Source of the DNA: an uncultured Eubacteriales bacterium
Lineage (GTDB): Bacteria > Bacillota > Clostridia > Oscillospirales > CAG-272
Reading direction: 5' to 3'
DNA length: 64,000 nucleotides
NCBI GenBank assembly: GCA_934385225.1
Contig: CAKRPQ010000001.1
Coordinates: 4,876 to 68,875 of the forward strand
Positions 58,140 through 64,000 of this stretch are shown piece after piece; within the stretch, counting starts at the first letter, position 1, and each line of letters starts with the position of its first letter. Position numbers and translations under genes: made by a program. The notes beneath the pieces are model-generated. The model saw only the letters and a list, made by a program, of their open reading frames with translations, was not told where the DNA came from and did no database searches.

Positions 58140-58403
58140 TCATATCTGTTTATGAACGCTCTTATATTCATCATAATACTTATAATACGGGCAGCCTCTC
58201 ACGCTCCGCGAAACAAACGCAAGCATTTCGTCCTCATCAAGCGACATCATACAGCGATAGCAGTCCTCGTCCTCATCGTAATCGTAATATTCGCATTCCT
58301 CGCAGCAGGTACTTCTTTTCCGTGCGGACGGCAGCTCTTTTTCCTCTTTTTCGCGCTCCGACTTCGGCACATAATGCGTTTTATCCCATGCTCCGTCGCT
58401 CAT
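58140..58403 (-). CDS. small acidic Cys-rich protein (DUF6472-like, tentative)
   Basis: 87 aa with CCEECEYYDYDEDEDCYRC...LDEDE...CPYY. It overlaps the GtrA-like gene by 4 nt. Confidence 0.6.
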   Translation of the reverse strand: MSDGAWDKTHYVPKSEREKEEKELPSARKRSTCCEECEYYDYDEDEDCYRCMMSLDEDEMLAFVSRSVRGCPYYKYYDEYKSVHKQI

Positions 58404-58825
58404 TTTCCGCTCTTTCCTTTCCTGAAAACGATCAGTTTACTTATGAAATAGTTCAGAATGACCACAATGACGGACGCCGCGATCTTCACGGCGTATTTAT
58501 TATATTTGAGCCTATCGTAAAGTCCCCAGACGATTGCCTCCTGCAAGAGGAGCGTAAGAACTCTTCCGCCCGCGAACTCCGTTATCTCGCGCACGACGGG
58601 CAGAAAACCTCTCGCGCGGCTTTCAAAGACCCATATTTTATTCGTCACATACGCGAACGCGACGGCGGCGCACCATGCGGCAACGTCCGAAACGTGCACA
58701 TTCGTTTTCGTCCTGTAAAGGAGAAAACTGACGGCAAAATCGACGACGGTCGTAAGTCCGCCGAAAATGAGGTACATAAGCGCCTCGCGGTATTTAATGA
58801 CGAGATTTTTGATTTTTTCGAACAT
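58400..58825 (-). CDS. GtrA-family membrane protein
   Basis: 141 aa with 4 TMs. LMYLIFGGLTTVVDFAVSFLLY is a typical GtrA N-terminus. Confidence 0.8.
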   Translation of the reverse strand: MFEKIKNLVIKYREALMYLIFGGLTTVVDFAVSFLLYRTKTNVHVSDVAAWCAAVAFAYVTNKIWVFESRARGFLPVVREITEFAGGRVLTLLLQEAIVWGLYDRLKYNKYAVKIAASVIVVILNYFISKLIVFRKGKSGK

Positions 58826-58831
58826 TTACCT

Positions 58832-60256
58832 TTACCCACCGATTTTGTAGGTTGTTCCCTCGCGCGAATCGACGAGAGTTACGCCCTTATCCGAAAGATA
58901 CTTGCGTATTTCGTCCGCTCTCGCGAAATTCTTCGCCTTTTTCGCCTCTGCGCGCTCCGCAATAAGGCTTTCTATCTCCTTTGCAAAGTCCTCGTCGATT
59001 TCGGGCGTGCTCGGCTCTGCGTTTTTCAGTTTTTCGGCGTGCGCGACAAGGTCGAGCGACAGAACGCGGTCAAAATCGGCGACAAGCGCGAGCTTTGTCG
59101 CGTCACCCGCGCCCGATTTAAGCACGTCGTAGAGAGCGGTCACGGCGAGAGACGTATTGAGGTCGTTATCGAGTGCGTCGGTAAAGCCTTTTTTAAGCTC
59201 TGCGAACTTCGCCCCGTCGACTTCCCCGTCCTCTTTAAGCGTCGCGATCTTCTTTATGAGTTTATCGTATGCGACGGCGGCATTGTCGAGATTTTCGTAG
59301 CTGAAAACGAGCGACTTGCGGTAATGCGAGCCGAGGCAGAAGAAGCGGTACACCATCGGGTCGTATCCTTTTTCTTCGAGGAGAGAGACGGTGAGGAACT
59401 CGCCCTTTGACTTCGACATTTTGCCGTTTGTAGTGTTGAGGTGATGGACGTGGAACCAATAGTTGCACCACTTATGACCGAGATAAGCCTCGGACTGCGC
59501 GATCTCGTTCGTATGATGCGGGAAAGCGTTGTCGATGCCGCCGCAGTGAATATCGAGATATTCGCCGAGGTGTTTCATCGAGATGCAGGAACATTCGATG
59601 TGCCAGCCGGGGTAGCCGACGCCCCAGGGCGAATCCCATTTGAGCGCCTGGTCTTCGAACTTCGATTTTGTGAACCAGAGGACGAAATCGTTCTTGTTTT
59701 TCTTATTGTTATCGGCTTCGACGCCATCTCTGACGCCGACGGCAAGGTCTTCCTCGTCGATGTTGCCGAAAACGTAGTATTCTTTCAGCTTTGAGGTGTC
59801 GAAATAGACGTTTCCGCCCGCAATGTAGGCGTATCCCTTGTCGAGGAGCGCGGAAATGACCTTTATGAAGTCGTCAATGCAGTGTGTTGCGGGTTCAACG
59901 ACGTCGGGGCGCTTTATGCCGAGCTTTTCGCAGTCGGCGAAGAACGCGTCGGTGTAGAATTTTGCTATTTCCATAACGGTTTTGTGTTCGCGCTTTGCGC
60001 CTTTGAGCATTTTGTCCTCGCCCTCGTCGGCGTCGGAGGTCAGATGACCGACGTCGGTGATGTTCATAACGCGTTTAACGTCGTAACCGATGTAGCGGAG
60101 GTATTTTTCGAGTACGTCCTCCATGATGTAGGAGCGGAGGTTGCCTATGTGCGCGAAGTGATAGACAGTCGGACCGCAGGTGTACATTTTGACCTTGCCC
60201 GGCTCGCGCGGAATAAATTCTTCTCTTTTTCTTGAAAGTGAATTGTAGATGTACAT
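58832..60256 (-). CDS. cysS: cysteinyl-tRNA synthetase
   Basis: Start re-called to MYIYNSLSRKREEF (ATG 60256, AAGGAG RBS). HIGH is present as HFAHIGN and KMSKS is present. Confidence 0.93.
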   Translation of the reverse strand: MYIYNSLSRKREEFIPREPGKVKMYTCGPTVYHFAHIGNLRSYIMEDVLEKYLRYIGYDVKRVMNITDVGHLTSDADEGEDKMLKGAKREHKTVMEIAKFYTDAFFADCEKLGIKRPDVVEPATHCIDDFIKVISALLDKGYAYIAGGNVYFDTSKLKEYYVFGNIDEEDLAVGVRDGVEADNNKKNKNDFVLWFTKSKFEDQALKWDSPWGVGYPGWHIECSCISMKHLGEYLDIHCGGIDNAFPHHTNEIAQSEAYLGHKWCNYWFHVHHLNTTNGKMSKSKGEFLTVSLLEEKGYDPMVYRFFCLGSHYRKSLVFSYENLDNAAVAYDKLIKKIATLKEDGEVDGAKFAELKKGFTDALDNDLNTSLAVTALYDVLKSGAGDATKLALVADFDRVLSLDLVAHAEKLKNAEPSTPEIDEDFAKEIESLIAERAEAKKAKNFARADEIRKYLSDKGVTLVDSREGTTYKIGG

Positions 60257-60299
60257 TATATGTCTCCTTTGTTTTAAGAACGTTGTGTTGAGATTTGGG

Positions 60300-60855
60300 G
60301 TGCCGTTTGTTGAAAAGTGAACAACCCTTCCGTCGGAGGGCTTGCGCACCTCCGCCACCTCCCCTTACACATGGGAGGCTGAAAAACGGGGTGAAAGTTT
60401 CGCTCGCCGTTTATTAAAAGTTTTCGTCTCGCCTTTTTCAAAAGGCGAGTGCAGTCAAGGGCGCATAGCCCTTGTCGCCGCTCGCAAGCGGCGAAATGTT
60501 CTCGGCGTTTCTTTTTGTGAGATGCCGAAGGCATCTATGCTTTTATCTTTACGCCTGTCGCATCAAAGAAAAAGCGGAAAACGGGACTGCACGACTTCGC
60601 GTCAGCGGAAAAACAATCCCTCAGTCACCTATCTGCCGAGGTGAAGTCTTGCAGTGCCTATTAACGCCCTTTCTTTTGATGCGACAGGCGCAAAAGAAAG
60701 GGCTTTGCCCAAAGAAAAGCGCCGAAAAGAAGTTTCGCCGTCTGCGGACGGCGACCGCCGTCGTCGGCGGCTCACGCAAACTTTTGAAAAAGTTTGATCA
60801 AAACTTTTAACAAGCGGCGAGACGAAAACTTTTAACAAACGGCGAAACTTTCGTC
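60300..60855. repeat. hairpin-module array E, between cysE and cysS
   Basis: Reverse-orientation modules d,c then k,j (60428-60449), i (60454-60476), h'' (60477-60492), g,f,e,d. These are followed by forward e, f (60666-60703), g, h (60737-60752), an extra CCGCCGTCGTCGGCGG hairpin, and k-like AAAACTTTT repeats. Confidence 0.85.
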
Positions 60856-60858
60856 GTT

Positions 60859-61587
60859 TTACTTCCTTTCGAGCTTCGCTATCCGCTCTTCGAGCCGTTT
60901 TATCTCCGCCGCAACGGGGTCGGGTATGTGTATCTGGTCAAGATCGGCATTCTCGCCGACTTTCTTTCCGTATCTGCGCACGACTTTCGCGGGTATTCCC
61001 ACAGCCGTACTGTCGGGCGGTATCTCCGTCAGCACAACCGCGCCCGCCGCAACTTTTGAATTATCGCCTATCTTCATCGGTCCCAGCACTTTCGCGCCCG
61101 CGCCTATCATGACACCGTTTCCGAGCGTCGGGTGTCTCTTGCCGACGTCCTTACCCGTTCCGCCGAGCGTTACGCCCTGATATACCGTACAGTCGTCACC
61201 TATCTCAGTCGTCTCGCCTATGACAACAGCCGCGCCGTGGTCGATGAAAAACCGCTTCCCTATCGTCGCGCCCGGGTGTATCTCTATTCCCGTGAAAAAC
61301 TTCGCAAGCTGGCTTATCGCCCGCGCCCCGAAATAGTGTTTTCCGAGGTAGAGTTTATGCGAAACCCTATACGCAAGGATCGCGTGCAGTCCCGAATAGA
61401 GGAAAACCACCTCCGCGTCGCTCTTTGCGGCAGGGTCGCGCTCGCGAAAAGTCTTTACCTCCTCGCGCACGTCGTCAAACGGCTTCGACATTCTGTCACA
61501 CGCACGAACCGCGCGTTTCATTATTCTTTTTCCGACGGCTTTTGCGTCTCTCGCAAGCTCCGCGCCGTCAAACATTATTTTTTTCAT
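60859..61587 (-). CDS. cysE: serine O-acetyltransferase
   Basis: Start re-called to MKKIMFDG (ATG 61587). Hexapeptide-repeat core GIEIHPGATIGKRFFIDHG...VIGETTEIGDDCTVYQGVTLGG. The C-terminus is a coiled-coil tail. Confidence 0.9.
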   Translation of the reverse strand: MKKIMFDGAELARDAKAVGKRIMKRAVRACDRMSKPFDDVREEVKTFRERDPAAKSDAEVVFLYSGLHAILAYRVSHKLYLGKHYFGARAISQLAKFFTGIEIHPGATIGKRFFIDHGAAVVIGETTEIGDDCTVYQGVTLGGTGKDVGKRHPTLGNGVMIGAGAKVLGPMKIGDNSKVAAGAVVLTEIPPDSTAVGIPAKVVRRYGKKVGENADLDQIHIPDPVAAEIKRLEERIAKLERK

Positions 61588-61628
61588 AAAAAATTCCGTC
61601 CTTTCGCGAAAAATTCGGGATAGAAAAC

Positions 61629-61899
61629 AAAAAGCTCCGCACCGACGCACAAAAACATCGGTACAGAGGCGTATAGACATAAAAACGCTGTTCCACTCTG
61701 CTTCGCCGCCATATGGCGACCTCTCGTTCCCTTAACGCGGTTTTTTACGCCGCGCGATACTTGCCTTCTTCTTTACAGGCTTTCTCGTGCGGGTCTCGGC
61801 GGAGGCACAGCCCGACTTTCCGCCGCCGTCGCTCCCAGCCCACTGGCGACCGCTCTCTTTCGCGTTTTTTGTCGGATTCTTTCCGCTTCACTGACTTTA
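61629..61899 (-). ncRNA. T-box riboswitch leader upstream of cysE(-cysS)
   Basis: Read on the minus strand. AGAGAG and a GTGGG-containing distal loop lie in a stem-I-like region. A T-box-like sequence CAGAGTGGAACAGCG sits at 61699-61686. The terminator GCCTCTGTACCGATG / CGTCGGTGCGGAGC (61670-61634, with G-U pairs) is followed by TTTTT. Candidate Cys codon lies in GGGCUGUGCC. Confidence 0.6.
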
Positions 61900-61905
61900 C
61901 ACTAT

Positions 61906-61935
61906 ATTATATACGCTCCGCGTCGCATTTGTCAA
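61906..61935 (-). promoter_or_regulatory. putative sigma-A promoter for the T-box/cysE transcript
   Basis: On the minus strand: TTGACA (61935-61930), 18 nt, TATAAT (61911-61906). Confidence 0.45.
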
Positions 61936-61991
61936 GAGTTTTGAAAAATTTCGGGCAACATTTTTTGCGTTTTCGGCGCGGAATTTCTGTC

Positions 61992-62020
61992 TTGACTTTT
62001 TCGCCGCCGTATGGTATAGT
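61992..62020 (+). promoter_or_regulatory. putative sigma-A promoter for the GH5-like gene
   Basis: TTGACT (61992-61997), 17 nt, TGgTATAGT (-10 at 62015-62020). Confidence 0.5.
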
Positions 62021-62055
62021 ACCCTTAACGAAAAAACCGAGAGGGAGATAAAACT

Positions 62056-63168
62056 ATGGATACCCGGTCGAAAGAAAAAATATGGGACTGGTACGGCTCG
62101 CGTCCGTGGATACGCGGCTGCAACTTTATGAGCAGCGACTGCGCGAACCGCATAGACCAATGGCAGGAATACGGCTTTGAAAAGCGTCTTGAAACAGCCG
62201 ACAGAGAGCTTGCCGTCGCGGAGGAGATCGGCTACAATTCGATACGCATAATTCTCGAATTTGAAGTCTGGGACAGGCAGCACGACGGCTTTATGCGCCG
62301 ACTCGACAAGTACCTCGAAACAGCCTACAAACACGGCATTGACGCGATGGTAGTCCTTGCAAACGACTGCTGCGTTCCGAAGTCGCTCTACAAGCCCGTC
62401 GTTTTCGGCGAGCAGCACTACGACGTCGGCTATCACGGAGGCAGAAAGAGTTCGCCGCACGCGGCGTACGCTTCGGCGGACAACGAGGAGCGTTATCACC
62501 CGCTCGACGAGCCGGAGATCCGCGAGCGCTACTACAAAATGGTAAAAGAGATAATCACCGAATATGCGCACGACGAGAGAGTTCTCATCTGGAACCTCTT
62601 CAACGAGCCGGGCAACAACCGCGGTAACAAGAGCCTTCCCTACATCGAAAAATTCTTTGAGATTGCGCGGGCGATAAACCCGATGCAGCCTCTTTGCGCC
62701 GACACGTGGAACGGCGTCGACGAAAACGGCAGAGCGAAGAACCTCATCGAGCAGCGCGTCCTCGAACTCTCGGACATTGTTAGCTTCCACGGCTACGAGC
62801 CGTACAATGAAACCGTCGATATGATAGCGAACCTCAAAAAGACGGGCAAACCGATCTTCAACACCGAATGGCTTCACCGCATAGCGCACAACACCGTTCA
62901 GGAGATATTCCCGCTTATGTATCTTGAAAAGATCGCGTGCTACAACTGGGGCTTTGTCGCGGGCAAGTACCAGACGTACGAGCCTTGGGAATCGGTATGG
63001 CAGGAGTACGAAAAGAACCCGAAAGCGGACATAGACTTCACGAAATGGCAGCACGACCTTATCCGTCCGAGTCTGCGCCCCTACGACCCGCGCGAGATCG
63101 AAATAATCAAGAGATACTGCGACCGCGCCGACAGGGATTTTGAGCGAGAGAACGGAGAAAAAGGTTAA
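62056..63168 (+). CDS. clan GH-A glycoside hydrolase (GH5-like)
   Basis: IRGCNFMSSDCANRIDQWQ...GYNSIRIILEF...WNLFNEPGN (the NEP acid/base block). GGGAG RBS. The 451-aa minus ORF at 61897..63252 is a shadow. Confidence 0.8.
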   Translation: MDTRSKEKIWDWYGSRPWIRGCNFMSSDCANRIDQWQEYGFEKRLETADRELAVAEEIGYNSIRIILEFEVWDRQHDGFMRRLDKYLETAYKHGIDAMVVLANDCCVPKSLYKPVVFGEQHYDVGYHGGRKSSPHAAYASADNEERYHPLDEPEIRERYYKMVKEIITEYAHDERVLIWNLFNEPGNNRGNKSLPYIEKFFEIARAINPMQPLCADTWNGVDENGRAKNLIEQRVLELSDIVSFHGYEPYNETVDMIANLKKTGKPIFNTEWLHRIAHNTVQEIFPLMYLEKIACYNWGFVAGKYQTYEPWESVWQEYEKNPKADIDFTKWQHDLIRPSLRPYDPREIEIIKRYCDRADRDFERENGEKG

Positions 63169-63255
63169 TCCGACCGCCCCGCCGGGTCGAAAGACGTAAA
63201 AATGTGCTCTTTTCGTGACGAAATTCCGAATTTTAACGAAATCCCGCCGCAAGCC

Positions 63256-63284
63256 TTGACTTAGCGTCCGATAGGTGATAAAAT
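63256..63284 (+). promoter_or_regulatory. putative sigma-A promoter for the alarmone synthetase gene
   Basis: TTGACT (63256-63261), 17 nt, TGaTAAAAT (-10 at 63279-63284). Confidence 0.5.
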
Positions 63285-63312
63285 ATAACCGAAAGATAAA
63301 GCGAAAGGTTCG

Positions 63313-63972
63313 GTGCGGAAATTGGATCAGGGCGAAAACAGAATACCGTCAAACGCCATGGAGCTCTTCAAAAACTACAAAGAGATTATGGCGCTGCAAC
63401 ACCTCTACAATTCGGCAATAAAGGAGATCGAAACGAGGCTTGAAATTCTGAACGGCGAATTTAAGGTCATGTACGCGCGCAACCCCATTCATCACGTCGA
63501 GAGCCGTCTCAAAAGCTCGGAAAGCATGGTCAAAAAGCTGATAAAGCGCGGGTACGAGGTCAGTATCGAGTCGGCGAAGAGAAACCTCAACGATATTGCG
63601 GGCGTGCGGGTTGTCTGCTGTTACATCGACGACGTTTACAGCGTTGCCGAGATGCTTCTCCGCCAGACGGATCTGCATCTTGTGAAGCTGAAAGACTACA
63701 TAAAAGAGCCGAACTACAACGGTTACCGTTCGCTGCACCTTGACATTGAAGTGCCGATATTCCTCTCTGACCACACGGAGAACGTGACGGCGGAGGTACA
63801 GATACGGACGGTTGCGATGGACTTCTGGGCGAGCCTTGAACATGACCTCAGATACAAGAGCGACAAGGTAATTCCGCACGACATAAGCGATGATATGTAC
63901 CGCTGTGCCGACGAGATTGCGGAGATCGACCGCCGTATGCAGGAAATGTACAGGAAAATAAGAGAGCTGTAA
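63313..63972 (+). CDS. small alarmone synthetase (RelQ/RelP-type GTP pyrophosphokinase)
   Basis: RelA/SpoT synthetase core DIAGVRVVCCYIDDVY...GYRSLHLDIEV...AEVQIRTVAMDFWASLEHDLRYK. The start is GTG 63313 (AAAGG upstream) or ATG 63358. Confidence 0.88.
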   Translation: MRKLDQGENRIPSNAMELFKNYKEIMALQHLYNSAIKEIETRLEILNGEFKVMYARNPIHHVESRLKSSESMVKKLIKRGYEVSIESAKRNLNDIAGVRVVCCYIDDVYSVAEMLLRQTDLHLVKLKDYIKEPNYNGYRSLHLDIEVPIFLSDHTENVTAEVQIRTVAMDFWASLEHDLRYKSDKVIPHDISDDMYRCADEIAEIDRRMQEMYRKIREL

Positions 63973-64000
63973 ATGTAAAAAAATGCAAGAAAAAAGTGTC

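Noticed and set aside
57740-59410. 556-aa plus-strand ORF
   Set aside because: It begins inside repeat array D and then runs antisense through the DUF6472-like, GtrA-like and cysS genes. No conserved motif is present, so it is an artefact of stop-codon-poor antisense frames.

Overview
This 64-kb chromosomal window appears to come from an endospore-forming Clostridia-class Firmicute. That reading rests on spoIIE, an unlisted spoVM, a CotF-like gene and ricT/yaaT, with GC roughly in the mid-50s percent by eye. Most of the window is housekeeping. It carries proS, a SEDS FtsW/RodA gene, azlCD, alr, ymdB, holA and holB. It also carries an Opp-type peptide ABC transporter, ttcA, a GH29 fucosidase with an AraC regulator, a U32 peptidase and pepF. 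The remainder includes addAB, an ABC-F ATPase, cysE-cysS behind a T-box leader, and a small alarmone synthetase. Many long ORFs in the supplied track are antisense shadows of real genes, and several listed ORFs carry false N-terminal extensions; starts were re-called from RBS and conservation.

Seven things are not routine:
1. Five intergenic arrays (about 2.6 kb in total) are built from one shared set of short hairpin modules. Their stems co-vary while loops stay constant, and one array sits inside the cysE-cysS operon. I do not recognise this as a named repeat family, and it is my top candidate for something undescribed.
2. The tRNA-Pro locus has a duplicated 5' half placed behind an exact-consensus promoter, arm-like direct repeats, an AT-rich DUF3644 islet and a scrambled integrase remnant.
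3. The Opp system has large insertions in OppD, OppB and OppA, and a 10-codon upstream ORF whose stop overlaps the oppB start.
4. A ThyX-fold protein has the RHR motif replaced by TYK and sits next to a radical SAM/SPASM gene.
5. An S24/XRE self-cleaving-type repressor faces a Zn-ribbon plus sigma-like gene pair, across a consensus promoter bracketed by two palindromic sites.
6. In-frame (GAAAAC)n hexanucleotide repeats encode (EN)n in both addA and addB.
7. Two small genes are missing from the ORF track: spoVM and a 2x[4Fe-4S] ferredoxin.

All homology calls come from motif recognition by eye. No database search was run.
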